A stretch of DNA of 64,000 bases from Candidatus Kerfeldbacteria bacterium (GCA_043799405.1 JAZDNT010000003.1:335461-399460), one strand, 5' to 3'; counted from the first letter of the stretch, positions 50,477 through 60,776 are shown. The notes: generated by a model not told the origin, from the sequence alone. Program-made: numbers and translations.

Positions 50477-50539
50477 GCGCCCCGCCGCTCCCACCTCCCC
50501 CAACCCCTCCTCGGGCAGGAGGGGAGAACGGCGGGGCGC
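50477..50539 (-). repeat. Repeat family A copy (reverse orientation) enclosed by an 11-bp outer stem
   Basis: GCGCCCCGCCG ... rc(TCCCCTCCTGCCCGAGGAGGGGTTGGGGGAGGTGGGAG) ... CGGCGGGGCGC. Confidence 0.8.
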
Positions 50540-50663
50540 TTTCATGATTGTTTGTCGCGAGTCATGCGCGAGCATCGAATTCACTTCGTGCGAGCGCAGG
50601 CGAGCGACTCAATAGAGGGAAAGGGAGGCGTGGGAAGGGGAAACCGTAGGTTTCCACTCCCGG

Positions 50664-51164
50664 TTATAGTATTTCCATCCTTACCCTTCGGACGCCCCAG
50701 TCGAGCGCTTCGTGTTTCGTATGCATCCAGATATCGATACGGTTCTTTCCTCCCCGTCCCATGCGGTCGAGCACGATAAAAACCTTATCTCCGAAGTAGT
50801 CAGGGATACGGACCTTTGTCCCGAACGGATAGCCGTTCGCTGCAATGACGCCGTCCGCTGTCTTTGCGCCTGAAGCCGTTGTGAACGGATCGCTGTCGCA
50901 TTCACTGACCGAAGACGTGTATGCCGTTGCAGTGACGAACACTGTTCGTTTTGCAGGAACGACAGGGATCACTGGTAGCACCACTATCGCTGCATGCTGT
51001 GTTGCTGCATCAACAACTGCCTGTATCGGTTGCGTGGCGGAATCGGATTGTGGCGCAAGTGCCGCTGCGGCAGGATGAGGGTAGACGATGTTGAGAAGCG
51101 ACAGGAGCGACAAGACTATGTACAGTTTTGGTTTGCGTCGTAAGAATCGATACAAACGTTTCAT
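50664..51164 (-). CDS. 3D-domain (MltA/RlpA-like double-psi beta-barrel) secreted protein
   Basis: Signal/TM N-terminus. VTATAYTSSVSECDSDPFTTASG...VRIPDYFGDKVFIVLDRMG...IDIWM is the 3D-domain pattern. Confidence 0.75.
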   Translation of the reverse strand: MKRLYRFLRRKPKLYIVLSLLSLLNIVYPHPAAAALAPQSDSATQPIQAVVDAATQHAAIVVLPVIPVVPAKRTVFVTATAYTSSVSECDSDPFTTASGAKTADGVIAANGYPFGTKVRIPDYFGDKVFIVLDRMGRGGKNRIDIWMHTKHEALDWGVRRVRMEIL

Positions 51165-51342
51165 ACGTACCCATTAATGCTCTTCTAGTTCGGCGGACTT
51201 TTCGTCAACACGCCGAAGTACCTAAAAACATGCGTGTTTGACGCATGCTTGAAAGGATTCGCGACCTTAGCACTATAGGCGGGATCCTGTCAATCCCCTC
51301 TGTTCCTTACGTACGTATTTTTTCCCGAAGGTTAGCGGTTTT

Positions 51343-52995
51343 TCAGCGTATCCGATAGAGCGAAAGACTGGCGGAATCCTTTATGTGCTCAAGTCGGTCT
51401 GCGGTGTCCCCGGCAAAGCCCCTCTGGCGCTCGAAAACGACGAATGCGCCGGTCTTAACACTGATAATCTCTTGTAAAGACGCTTCATTTTCCTTCAACG
51501 CAACGACAGCGCGTTCTCTGTGCTGTCCTACGAGGTAGATCGACGTGAGCGGGCTCGGGTAAATGCCGTTGTCAAAGATGTAGACGTCGGCTTTCGAGTC
51601 GCGCGTAACAATCTCGTTTCTGAATACCCGGAGAGGGCTTTCGGCATCTTTCCGAATGTACCGCGAGTATACGACAACGCTCATGAGCGCGATAAGGACG
51701 AACAACGTCGTCGTCATGAGATTAAGCGTTCTGTCGCCAATGGAACGCGAACGCCTGTAGGCAAAAAACAGTATCGCAAGAGCGACTGCGACGACAAGGG
51801 CTAGCGCTACGTTCGGATTGAGGAATGCGAGCGTCATGATCCTCGAGATGCCGGTACGATACTGATGGAACGAATCGTAGAAGTATCCGATAGCCGAGAT
51901 CGCTGTCAGTCCCTGCAGCCAACGGGGTAACCTCGAGAGCGGATCGACTATGAACCTCGCGACGAGAAGTACGAAAGCCGGAAAGGCCGGAGCAACGTAC
52001 CACGCGAGCTTTGTTGCGGCGAGCGAAAAAAGTACGACCGTTCCGAACCCCCACAGCAAGAGGAATGTCGCCGGAGCCGGGTCCTGTTCATCACGACGGC
52101 GTAGCCGGAACAACGCAAACGCTGATGCCGGTATGATCAGGAACGACCATGGGAACATCGCCTGGCTCACATCGCGGAGGTACCACCACATGTCGTGCTG
52201 CTGCGGCGTGACGTGCAGCTTCGTTTCAACGCGCTGGATGATATGGAATCCGACGTACTCGTCCCAGAACGATTTTCCGTACTTAGCGAGCTCGTATATG
52301 TGCCACGGAAGAGCGACGGCAAGGAAAACTACAACGGAAACGACAACGTGCTTCCACCGGTACGGCCACTTACGTAATACAAGGAGCGTCAGCAGGAAGG
52401 CAATCGGCACAACACCAGCGGCAACCGACTTCGTCATGAACGCGAGTGCGGTCGTAAGCGCCGCGCCGACGAGGTACCACGGTTTCTTGAGACTCAACCA
52501 AAAGAGGAGCGCGGAAAGCGTCGTAAGGAAAATAAGCAGTCCGTCCGCCTCGCCCGTCCTGAACGTGTGGATGAACGTTGACGGGAGTAAAGGATAGATC
52601 ATGCCGGCGATGAGGGTGACCGATGTCCGTTTCGTCCATCGCCACGCCCAGAATGCGACGAGCATCGTCGTCCCGACGCCGGCGAGCGCGGATGGCAACC
52701 GGTCGGTGAACTCGTTCTCCCCAAAGACGTTCTGCGTTACCGCGCGGATCCAGAACGAGAGCGGAGGTTTCCGGAAGTACAGCTCGTCCTGAAAGCGCAT
52801 GGTCAGCCAGTTTCCGTCCTCGCGCATCTGCCTTGTCACAAGCGCGTGTATCCCCTCGTCGGAATTGCCGATCGGGGCCTTCCCAAGCTGCCAGAAGAAC
52901 GCGATAGTTGCAACGATGAACACTATTGCAAAAACAAATACCTTCTTGTTGTGGTGGTCGACACTGCTTCCGTTCATGGTGCTAGTGGGTTGCAT
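51343..52995 (-). CDS. GT-C fold glycosyltransferase, family 39/83 (ArnT/PMT-like)
   Basis: SDEGIHALVTRQMREDGNWLTMRF...YFRKPPLSFW N-terminal loop motif. About 12 TM helices and a C-terminal soluble domain. Confidence 0.8.
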   Translation of the reverse strand: MQPTSTMNGSSVDHHNKKVFVFAIVFIVATIAFFWQLGKAPIGNSDEGIHALVTRQMREDGNWLTMRFQDELYFRKPPLSFWIRAVTQNVFGENEFTDRLPSALAGVGTTMLVAFWAWRWTKRTSVTLIAGMIYPLLPSTFIHTFRTGEADGLLIFLTTLSALLFWLSLKKPWYLVGAALTTALAFMTKSVAAGVVPIAFLLTLLVLRKWPYRWKHVVVSVVVFLAVALPWHIYELAKYGKSFWDEYVGFHIIQRVETKLHVTPQQHDMWWYLRDVSQAMFPWSFLIIPASAFALFRLRRRDEQDPAPATFLLLWGFGTVVLFSLAATKLAWYVAPAFPAFVLLVARFIVDPLSRLPRWLQGLTAISAIGYFYDSFHQYRTGISRIMTLAFLNPNVALALVVAVALAILFFAYRRSRSIGDRTLNLMTTTLFVLIALMSVVVYSRYIRKDAESPLRVFRNEIVTRDSKADVYIFDNGIYPSPLTSIYLVGQHRERAVVALKENEASLQEIISVKTGAFVVFERQRGFAGDTADRLEHIKDSASLSLYRIR

Positions 52996-53527
52996 CAGCC
53001 GTTAGATTGTACACCCACCCCGGCTGCCACTGCCACGGTGCGGTCACCGCTTCCTCAAGTGGAACACCGTTGATCCAGTGCTCGAGGCCGTACTGGGTTG
53101 CCCGGTGCCCTATGATCATGACCGTCTGTCCGTCGTGCTGCCGTATACAGTCCCGCAGAAAATCCTTCATCCGCTTCGCGCACTGCCGGTAGCTCTCGCC
53201 GTTCGGGAACGGGGTGATGACGTGTGCGCCTCGCTGCGACTTCACTTCCTGCTCCGTATGCCGGGTCAGATCACCGTAGTCGCACTCTGTGAGACGCGGG
53301 TCTTTTACGATCCTGACGCCGGAACCGAACGCAAGCTCCGCGGTTTCGTAGGACCTTTTAAGGTCCGAGCAGTACACGATGTCGGGCAGCTGCCAGCGGT
53401 ACCGTTCACCGAGTCCCCGCGCCTGCTGTATCCCGAGGTCAGATAATTCAACATCAAAACGACCCGATGAGAGTTCTGCCTCGTTATCGAGCGACGTGCC
53501 GTGGGATTCGAAGATGATACTGACCAT
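52982..53527 (-). CDS. Histidine phosphatase (phosphoglycerate mutase-like) family protein
   Basis: IIFESHGTSLDNE N-terminal catalytic His region and IIGHRATQ second His motif. Confidence 0.7.
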   Translation of the reverse strand: MVSIIFESHGTSLDNEAELSSGRFDVELSDLGIQQARGLGERYRWQLPDIVYCSDLKRSYETAELAFGSGVRIVKDPRLTECDYGDLTRHTEQEVKSQRGAHVITPFPNGESYRQCAKRMKDFLRDCIRQHDGQTVMIIGHRATQYGLEHWINGVPLEEAVTAPWQWQPGWVYNLTADATH

Positions 53528-53577
53528 TATTGAATGATACCATAAAAACTACTGAGCTCCTGAAACATCCGATGATT

Positions 53578-53880
53578 CTACTTTAGACAATCAAAAATCG
53601 TGACGTCGCCTTTTTCATACTCGCCCATTTCAAAACCGTCGTACTTAAAATGATCACCGTCCTGATAGAACCACAGGCTCGTCTTGCCATCAAGCACTAT
53701 CATGAAACCGCGGGAATTACTACCGTTCAGAGGAAAGAGATCGATTCGTTCTACCTTATCAAACAGCTCATGGGCTTGTTCGAACGCTGGGTTGTTGATG
53801 CCAATCTTTCTGGCAAATTGGTGAAAGAACAGCTGCGGCCACAATTTAAAAAGTAATTTCGAATATCGTGTAATCTTCAT
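53578..53880 (-). CDS. Hypothetical protein
   Basis: 100-aa AT-rich ORF next to the transposase. I recognise no motif. Confidence 0.4.
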   Translation of the reverse strand: MKITRYSKLLFKLWPQLFFHQFARKIGINNPAFEQAHELFDKVERIDLFPLNGSNSRGFMIVLDGKTSLWFYQDGDHFKYDGFEMGEYEKGDVTIFDCLK

Positions 53881-53901
53881 TGTTTTTCATATATAAGTTG
53901 A

Positions 53902-54354
53902 TTATTTTAACTGGTAGCCTGCCGATTTATCGGAATGGACAAGATTTATTGAATGATCAAATTTCATTATTTCCATCGCAGGATTATTCATGATGTATTC
54001 CCGAATCCGATGCAATGCCCGTTCATCACGAATGACGTGCTCATAATAGTTTGATTGCCATAGTCTTTCTTTGAACAGGTACGATGATTTTGCCTTGAAT
54101 CTCCTTATCACCTCGCCCAAGTGCATCGTACTATTGTCTATCACTACGATGACATGAACATGGTTCGGCGTCACGACCAATGTATCTATAGCAACGCCGC
54201 GTATCGGACTGACGACATCCTTGAACAACGCTTCAAGTATCCACTCTCGACCCTTCAGCAGTTCCATCCGTTGTTGTGTAACGAACGTGATAAAATAATA
54301 TCCATTGGATCGATAATCGTAGTGTCGCAGCCGCAGCCTGTTGAAATTGCTCAT
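53902..54354 (-). CDS. rayT: IS200-like Y1 (HUH) transposase of the REP-associated RayT type
   Basis: YFITFVTQQR, HUH motif PNHVHVIVVI, catalytic Tyr region SNYYEHVIRDERALHRIREYIMNNP. No partner tnpB and no obvious IS ends. Confidence 0.75.
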   Translation of the reverse strand: MSNFNRLRLRHYDYRSNGYYFITFVTQQRMELLKGREWILEALFKDVVSPIRGVAIDTLVVTPNHVHVIVVIDNSTMHLGEVIRRFKAKSSYLFKERLWQSNYYEHVIRDERALHRIREYIMNNPAMEIMKFDHSINLVHSDKSAGYQLK

Positions 54355-54587
54355 AGCACTATTAACAATTTTCCAAGCCCATAAATGGGCAAGCCACCGA
54401 GGATATCTGAAATAACATAACAAAACGAGGCGGTGCGCCGCCTTCTACAACTTATTATCAAAGTTACTAGCTCAATACTACCAAGCGCCTCTGTTGCTGT
54501 CAAACTTATTATATTTATAGTATCGAGGTCCGCGGGACGATTGATTTTCTCCCTTCTTACTGTTAGAATTGCAACCGTCATCGTCGC

Positions 54588-54661
54588 GCGGGTATCGTAT
54601 AATGGTAATACCTCAGCTTTCCAAGCTGATGCCGGGGGTTCGATTCCCCCTACCCGCTCCA
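54588..54661 (+). tRNA. tRNA-Gly(TCC), CCA encoded
   Basis: Acceptor GCGGGTA/TACCCGC, anticodon arm TCAGC-TTTCCAA-GCTGA, T-loop TTCGATT. TGTTAGAAT extended -10 lies about 18 nt upstream. Confidence 0.88.
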
Positions 54662-54666
54662 GTGGA

Positions 54667-55014
54667 TCATTTTTTTATGCTGTCTGTTTCCGGCTCCCAG
54701 CCGAATTTTTTCAAATCGACCCAAAAATTGCCTTCGCGCTCTGTAACGTCAACGCCCTCCGCCCGCAAGAGCGCTGCTTGCTGCTCTTTTGGCGCGTTCA
54801 TGTTCTCAATCGAGATCATGCCGTCCTTGTTGATGACGCGCTGCCACGGCACGCTCGATTTCGGGGCGACCGTGCGGAGCGCCCAGCCAACAACCTGTGC
54901 GCCACGCGGACTACCGCAGAGCGCAGCGATCTGCCCGTAGGTCGCGACCTTGCCGCGCGGGATACGCCGGACGACGTTGTAGATTTTGAAATAAAGATTC
55001 TGACCTCGAGGCAT
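54667..55014 (-). CDS. MGMT-family DNA-binding protein lacking the acceptor Cys (alkyltransferase-like)
   Basis: IPRGKVATYGQIAAL...VPWQRVIN. PWQRV replaces the PCHRV active site. Confidence 0.8.
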   Translation of the reverse strand: MPRGQNLYFKIYNVVRRIPRGKVATYGQIAALCGSPRGAQVVGWALRTVAPKSSVPWQRVINKDGMISIENMNAPKEQQAALLRAEGVDVTEREGNFWVDLKKFGWEPETDSIKK

Positions 55015-55144
55015 TGTAGATTCATTTTACCATTTCGGAAGCGAAATCCGAAGGACGCAGCCCCGCACCCAACGTGGTGCGGGGTTGAGATTTTGACCTC
55101 TTGACATACATTGAATCAATATTGAAATCTACGCCGCCCACCGC

Positions 55145-55228
55145 ATCCCTGAGCGTAGCGAAGGGTCTCCAAGAAGCTGCAGCTGCTTGGAGATTCCTCC
55201 CCCGTCATTCGATAGGGTCGGAATGACA
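55145..55228. repeat. Repeat family B copy
   Basis: ATCCCTGAGCGTAGCGAAGGGTCTCCAAG-loop-CTTGGAGATTCC, followed by hairpin GTCATTC...GAATGAC. It shares the TCTCCAAG/CTTGGAGA core with 25981-26054. Confidence 0.65.
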
Positions 55229-55247
55229 GCAACAGCGCGGGGCATGT

Positions 55248-55499
55248 TTAATCGGGCACACTAACCGGCGGCAAGGGTTCAACAGCCGGGCCCTTGATCA
55301 CGTGCCCGTCAGCCGTGAACCGCGACCCATGGCACGGGCAGTCCCAGGTTTTTTCGCCGCCGTTCCATGTAACTTCACATTCCTTATGCGTGCACATCGA
55401 GCTCACGGCATGGAGGTTTCCCTGTTCATCACGGTATATCGCAGCGCGTTCTTCCTTCAATACCCTTCCTTCACCGGGTTTGAGGCTATCGTTATTCAT
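55248..55499 (-). CDS. Rieske [2Fe-2S] domain protein (short)
   Basis: CTHKECEV...CPCHGSRF cluster ligands. Confidence 0.8.
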   Translation of the reverse strand: MNNDSLKPGEGRVLKEERAAIYRDEQGNLHAVSSMCTHKECEVTWNGGEKTWDCPCHGSRFTADGHVIKGPAVEPLPPVSVPD

Positions 55500-55508
55500 G
55501 TGTTTATT

Positions 55509-56537
55509 CTACTCTGGCAGCTTCAGGCGTGCCAGCACAGCCTTTGCCTCGGCGCCGGTCAGCACCCTCGGCTGGGCATAGTTCTCGATCTGTACCGGCG
55601 TATAGTCGATTCTGGAAACGCCCTCTTTCGTGAATATGATTGACGCCATAACGCCCTGCCGCGTCGGCACAGACCACATCTGGTCGAACACGAAGTTGCC
55701 GAGGCTGTAGATGATCCACTTTCCTTTGTATTTCTCTACGGACTGTACGACGTGCGGGTGGTGGCCGATCACGATCACTGCGCCGGCGTCGATCGCAGCG
55801 CGCGCGAACCGCTGCTGGCGAGCGTTCGGTGTCGCTTTGTACTCAGTGCCGGAATGCATGGAGACGATCACGATATCGCTCGTCTTTTTGGCTGCCTTTA
55901 CCGCGTTGACCATAGCCGTCACGTCCATGAGGGCGGTTCCTGCTCGTTTCTCGGTCGCGCCGTACGATGCCGGCACGACGTCTGAATCGTTGTACGCGAG
56001 GATTGAAAACCGAACATCATTGACTGTCATTGTTGCCGCTTTAAGCGCTTGCTTTACGTTCGCGCCTGCGCCGACGTGGGCAATGCCTGCCTTATCAAGG
56101 TACTTCAACGTATCAGCGATCCCCTTTGCACCGAAGTTCGGAACGTGGTTGTTCGCGAGCGAAACGACCGTAAAACCGGCGTCCTTCATCGCTCGTGCGA
56201 CCTGTACATCGCTCCGGAACGACATTTCCCCGGTCTTGATCGGACGCCCGGGGAATATCGCGGTCTCGAGGTTGCAGAACACGATATCGCCCTTCTTCAA
56301 GAGATTCCTCGTCTTCAGGAATGGGTAGTTGTAGTCATTGCGCTTCGTCATTGCCGTTCCGACGTTTCTCGAGAGCATAACGTCGCCGACCGCGACCATT
56401 GTCACGGTGTGGTCGGTCGGCAACAGTACCATTGCCTGAACCTTTTCGGTACATAAAGAAACGGCGCAGACGACACCTAACATGAAGGTTATAGCAACGC
56501 TCACGCACGGCGCTCCGACGGTCTTTTTCGACAGCAT
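55509..56537 (-). CDS. CapA/PGA_cap-family metallophosphatase-like protein
   Basis: TM anchor, then VGDVMLSR, NLETAI, SLANNH and GHHPHV motifs. Confidence 0.8.
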   Translation of the reverse strand: MLSKKTVGAPCVSVAITFMLGVVCAVSLCTEKVQAMVLLPTDHTVTMVAVGDVMLSRNVGTAMTKRNDYNYPFLKTRNLLKKGDIVFCNLETAIFPGRPIKTGEMSFRSDVQVARAMKDAGFTVVSLANNHVPNFGAKGIADTLKYLDKAGIAHVGAGANVKQALKAATMTVNDVRFSILAYNDSDVVPASYGATEKRAGTALMDVTAMVNAVKAAKKTSDIVIVSMHSGTEYKATPNARQQRFARAAIDAGAVIVIGHHPHVVQSVEKYKGKWIIYSLGNFVFDQMWSVPTRQGVMASIIFTKEGVSRIDYTPVQIENYAQPRVLTGAEAKAVLARLKLPE

Positions 56538-56550
56538 GTCGCGTCCTAAA

Positions 56551-57072
56551 CTATGTAACCTCAATCCACTGCCTAACATAGTCATCCCACGAATAGAGCG
56601 TCGCTCGGTCAACGGTAAAAGAACCTTTTACCTCGTGTTTTTCGACCTCCTTCTTGAGTGATTCAAGGAGCTCGTTCGGGATACGGCTTGCGACGGTTAC
56701 GTGGTACGAGGAATCGTCGCGTTCCGGTGCCGGCAATGTCGGCACGGCGTCGTAGATCGCTTTCCGCAGTTCATCGAAACTCTTATCGGGGAGCTTGTAG
56801 AATAAAACGCTCGTGTACTTCCGTATGATCGCATCGAGCCCGATAAACGATGCGGTGCACTGAACGGACAGCTCACAAATGACTTGCTTATCAGCGCGGC
56901 TCAAGAACATATCGAACGGCGGGACGAGCGTCACGTGCGGGGGAAGCCACTGACGGCAGAAGGTGTCGTACTGGCGCCGCATCGCGGCAAACTGCGATGC
57001 GAACGGTTCCGGTACGAGCGCGACGATGGTGAAACGGTTCTGAATTGTATGAATGCGGTCACTATTGAACAT
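56551..57072 (-). CDS. 2H phosphoesterase (LigT / 2'-5' RNA ligase-like) family protein
   Basis: Two HxT motifs, PHVTLVPPF and YHVTVASR. Start at the ATG preceded by AAGGA. Confidence 0.7.
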   Translation of the reverse strand: MFNSDRIHTIQNRFTIVALVPEPFASQFAAMRRQYDTFCRQWLPPHVTLVPPFDMFLSRADKQVICELSVQCTASFIGLDAIIRKYTSVLFYKLPDKSFDELRKAIYDAVPTLPAPERDDSSYHVTVASRIPNELLESLKKEVEKHEVKGSFTVDRATLYSWDDYVRQWIEVT

Positions 57073-57526
57073 TGTTGTTTCCTTCATCCTCGAATAGTAG
57101 TACGAACGATAGTAATATAACGAGAATACCCGATATGCCGGCAACGAGATACCCGAGTCGGCCAAGCGACCGCGTCTTTAAGAACACGATCCCGACAGTA
57201 ATGATGCCGAGCGTGCCGATGAACAGTATCATCGGCACGGTCAACTTTCTCTTTCCTTCATCTGGCACCGACGGAGCGGGATGTGGGTTTAGGAACACCG
57301 AGAGCGTACCGGATACGATCACGACCCACAACAAGATGTTCATATCGAACTGCTGCGATACGAACGATCCGATGAGCGAATCAATGAGGAAAAAGACGAG
57401 ATAAGTCACAAGCGACGCTACAAAAAATTCCTGAATAGCCCAGATGGCGATTCCGGTAATCTGCACCCGGAACTCGCGTGGTTCGGGGAACGCATGATGG
57501 CGATGAATGTGCAGTGGGTTATCCAT
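57062..57526 (-). CDS. Four-TM membrane protein (hypothetical)
   Basis: 154 aa, hydrophobic. Confidence 0.5.
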   Translation of the reverse strand: MDNPLHIHRHHAFPEPREFRVQITGIAIWAIQEFFVASLVTYLVFFLIDSLIGSFVSQQFDMNILLWVVIVSGTLSVFLNPHPAPSVPDEGKRKLTVPMILFIGTLGIITVGIVFLKTRSLGRLGYLVAGISGILVILLSFVLLFEDEGNNNVQ

Positions 57527-57531
57527 ATCGG

Positions 57532-59043
57532 TTATGAACCCCTGTTAAGCAACTTATCGACACCCTTCCGAATATCCTGCATGCTGAACGGTCCGCCGTA
57601 GAGCTTAAGGATGAGTTCTTTAACACGCAACGCTTCGTTGCCTGGTCCGAGAGGGGGATCGAATGAGATTGAAAAGTGCGGGGATCTACCGAGGTCGGCT
57701 TTGATTGTCGTATCGACAATATACCAGTTGCCCTGTTGTTTGATTGGCATGTACTGCGCAACCACGTAATCGACAATACTTGGATCGCTCCCGCCATTCA
57801 GCATCACGATGTTTTTCGTCGGCACCGTGAATGATTCGTCCTTCGATAGAACAAATACGCCGTCGCTAAGCAGATTCACATCAGACAACGGTACGGTAAT
57901 CGGAATGAATTCGTTCGATTTCGTCAGAGAAGTCGTGAATTCAGTGTGCGCCGCGTTGACGTCCAGCTTTTTCTCACCGACCATGATTGTTTGTAGCATC
58001 GATTCATGCGCCGTTGTTGCGGTGAGGTACGAGGCGTCCTTTAGATACACGGTGACCGGTTTATCCTCCACGGAGCCGAGCGCCTGATATTCCTTACTTC
58101 CAGCAAGGTATAGCTTCTTTTGCCACATGAAATATCGTTGCCGTGTTGTTATCGAACGTATGAACTGATCATCGGTCGTCGAAACAACAATCTGGTAGGT
58201 TCCGAGGCCAGGATGCGGAACGGTCACCCTGACGTCGCGCGCTGGGGAGGGCCTCCCGTTACCCTTACCGGACCCGTTGTCATTCACGGTCTGCGTTGCC
58301 ACACGGTCAATACCTCGGTAGACATCGATGGTTGCGTTATCCTTGCCGTCGTTTCGATTGCTGTTCTGCATGGTCAACGTTACGTCAAGGTCCTCGCTCT
58401 TCCCGATGTAGGTCACAAACGTCTGCGAACCCCGCGTGCTGAGCGTAATCGTCTGCGATGATGGTGCCGGAGTATACGAAGGAAGCTCGACCCGCGCACC
58501 AACATCGACCCGGTATGCGCCGATTTTCCGTGATAACGGTAGATTATTGAAAAATGTATCGACGTCGTCATACCGAGGCGCATCACCACCCTTTTTTTGG
58601 AACAACACAACGCCGTCCTTCCGAACCGAATCCCACGAGCCAGCAAGGGTCGCCATCAACGGGGACGAATCGCCAAGCGCAACAACCTCTTCCTTTCCGG
58701 TCCGCGTCGAGTATGCGATCGAAAGGCCGTTACCGTTCATGCCGCCGGTAAACACAAGATGAATGACCGCCATGTTAATAGGCCTGAACAGTTCCGCACT
58801 GAACGTGAGCGGGTTTCCCGAATAGAGACGATACCTCGTCTTTGCATTCTTCGCCGTACCGATGAGCACCTCACGTTCACGGGCATTGAGACTCTTGATA
58901 CGCTGATCACAATGATCCGCTGTACAGGAAAGGGTCGTCGGACCGAATACGATGAAGTTGCGGTTGACGATCCATAAAAAGAGCAGTACCGGCAATGTCC
59001 AGATACAGACACGAAGGATTTTTGTTGTTTTTTCGATAGTCAT
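57532..59043 (-). CDS. Membrane-anchored large extracytoplasmic protein (hypothetical), coupled to the upstream GT-C-like gene
   Basis: 503 aa with an N-terminal TM. 4-nt overlap with 59040..60683. Confidence 0.55.
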   Translation of the reverse strand: MTIEKTTKILRVCIWTLPVLLFLWIVNRNFIVFGPTTLSCTADHCDQRIKSLNAREREVLIGTAKNAKTRYRLYSGNPLTFSAELFRPINMAVIHLVFTGGMNGNGLSIAYSTRTGKEEVVALGDSSPLMATLAGSWDSVRKDGVVLFQKKGGDAPRYDDVDTFFNNLPLSRKIGAYRVDVGARVELPSYTPAPSSQTITLSTRGSQTFVTYIGKSEDLDVTLTMQNSNRNDGKDNATIDVYRGIDRVATQTVNDNGSGKGNGRPSPARDVRVTVPHPGLGTYQIVVSTTDDQFIRSITTRQRYFMWQKKLYLAGSKEYQALGSVEDKPVTVYLKDASYLTATTAHESMLQTIMVGEKKLDVNAAHTEFTTSLTKSNEFIPITVPLSDVNLLSDGVFVLSKDESFTVPTKNIVMLNGGSDPSIVDYVVAQYMPIKQQGNWYIVDTTIKADLGRSPHFSISFDPPLGPGNEALRVKELILKLYGGPFSMQDIRKGVDKLLNRGS

Positions 59044-60683
59044 GACGATGATAAACTATAGAGATCTCTGACGGTAAACAATCGATCGTAATCTGCAAGG
59101 TTGATCTGTTCCGAAATACCGAATCCCCGTTGCTCCCATGCTGCTGTCACCGTGATCGGGGATTGTGCCGCATGAACGTAGAGGTATACCGGAACCTTCG
59201 TGATGAGTTCTCGCAATTCACCGTACTGCTGCGGTGTCACGACGTCAACGATTACGCGCCGCTGAGGAAAAAAGATCTTATCGCCCGTACCGGCAATGAT
59301 GACGGCGTTGGGCGGTGTAGCCGCCACAGCGGCGTCCGCGAGCATCTTGTATTCTATGGTAGCTGTCCGCATACTCGCAAGACCCTCGTCCTTATCGAGC
59401 ACCACGAGGGCGAGCGAACCGATCGTAATAGCCCCGATTATTATGACTCGCATCATTGCGCGATTTCGTCTCACGTTCTTCAGGAAGTATTCGATGAAAT
59501 ACGCAGCATATGGAATCATCACGGCATAGAGAGGAAGCCAGTAACGCGTATATGACGTCCCGATGCTCACGGCATTCGGATCGGGGTTGTCCTGAATGAT
59601 CCACGAACCGTAGTACACAACAAGCCACGCGCCAATAAACAACGCGATCGTAAGGTAGAGCCACTCAACGCTCGTTTTTTTCTGCCGGAACGCATACAGT
59701 AAACCAAACATCGAGAGCAATGCCGGCATCCAGACGAGCCGGATGCCATAGTTCCAGATATTCACCGCAATCGTTGTAATATGAACGCCGAACGGGAAGA
59801 ACAACTGGCCCATTCTGGTCACGATGTCGGATGCTGCAGCAGAAACGGATGCAGTTGATGCCATTACGGGCGAGTAGCCGAATGACAGGGCGTTACCGAA
59901 CAGCTGGTGGTTATAGTACAACACAACGGACATCGGCAGCGCAGCAGAAAACACCATCGCCCATACGGCGTGCTTGAAATCGAACGACCGATGGAACGCA
60001 ACGACAAGCATGATAATAATGATACCGAGCCAAACGACCTCCGAAGTCCGTACAGCAATGGAAAATCCGAGCGAAAAACCGGATAGTACATACCATGCGA
60101 TGATCCGCATTCGTCCTTTACTATGCGTTGCATCGAATGACTTGAACATAGCGGATAGGCCGATCACCATAAGATCGAAGAACAGGACATTGTGAAACAT
60201 GCCGCGCGACGAGAAGTACCAGAACGCCGGATGGACTGCGAGCAGTATGGTCGAAAGCAGCGATACGCGCACCGACATGAACCGTTTCAATATCGAGAAG
60301 AATGCGATAAGTGCCAGCGCTGAAAAGAACGGAGTGAGAAACGGTATGACCCAGACCCCGACGATGCGTGCAATCGAACCGTAGAGTATCGGCAAACCGA
60401 GAAAGCTCGTAGGCAGCAATGCGCCGTCGACGGCCATAAAACTCCGAGGAACTACGATTCCGTCAGATTCCGACAGTGAAGACGGGAGCGCAAGCCCTTT
60501 TCCCGACGCATACTGCTTCGTGACGAGGTAATTTGCGGTTTCGTCAGGCGAAATGAACTTTTGAGTGCCGTTATATGAAAAAATCGAGCACGTAATAAAA
60601 AAAACAATCGCTAGCAACAATACCGCTGCCAAAGCCCTTCTGTCCGATGGTATCGAAAACAACGCGTGTTGCATACCCTTCAA
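59040..60683 (-). CDS. Polytopic membrane protein, putative GT-C fold glycosyltransferase
   Basis: 547 aa with about 13 TM helices. The first periplasmic loop has an SPDETANYLV (DE..Y-like) motif, as in ArnT/PMT-type enzymes. Confidence 0.55.
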   Translation of the reverse strand: MKGMQHALFSIPSDRRALAAVLLLAIVFFITCSIFSYNGTQKFISPDETANYLVTKQYASGKGLALPSSLSESDGIVVPRSFMAVDGALLPTSFLGLPILYGSIARIVGVWVIPFLTPFFSALALIAFFSILKRFMSVRVSLLSTILLAVHPAFWYFSSRGMFHNVLFFDLMVIGLSAMFKSFDATHSKGRMRIIAWYVLSGFSLGFSIAVRTSEVVWLGIIIIMLVVAFHRSFDFKHAVWAMVFSAALPMSVVLYYNHQLFGNALSFGYSPVMASTASVSAAASDIVTRMGQLFFPFGVHITTIAVNIWNYGIRLVWMPALLSMFGLLYAFRQKKTSVEWLYLTIALFIGAWLVVYYGSWIIQDNPDPNAVSIGTSYTRYWLPLYAVMIPYAAYFIEYFLKNVRRNRAMMRVIIIGAITIGSLALVVLDKDEGLASMRTATIEYKMLADAAVAATPPNAVIIAGTGDKIFFPQRRVIVDVVTPQQYGELRELITKVPVYLYVHAAQSPITVTAAWEQRGFGISEQINLADYDRLFTVRDLYSLSSS

Positions 60684-60776
60684 TGACGTGATAACACCGT
60701 ACTAGTATATCATAACGACAATCAAGACGTTCAATTTTGACAATAACGTTTAAAAACTCTATAATTTTTACGAATT

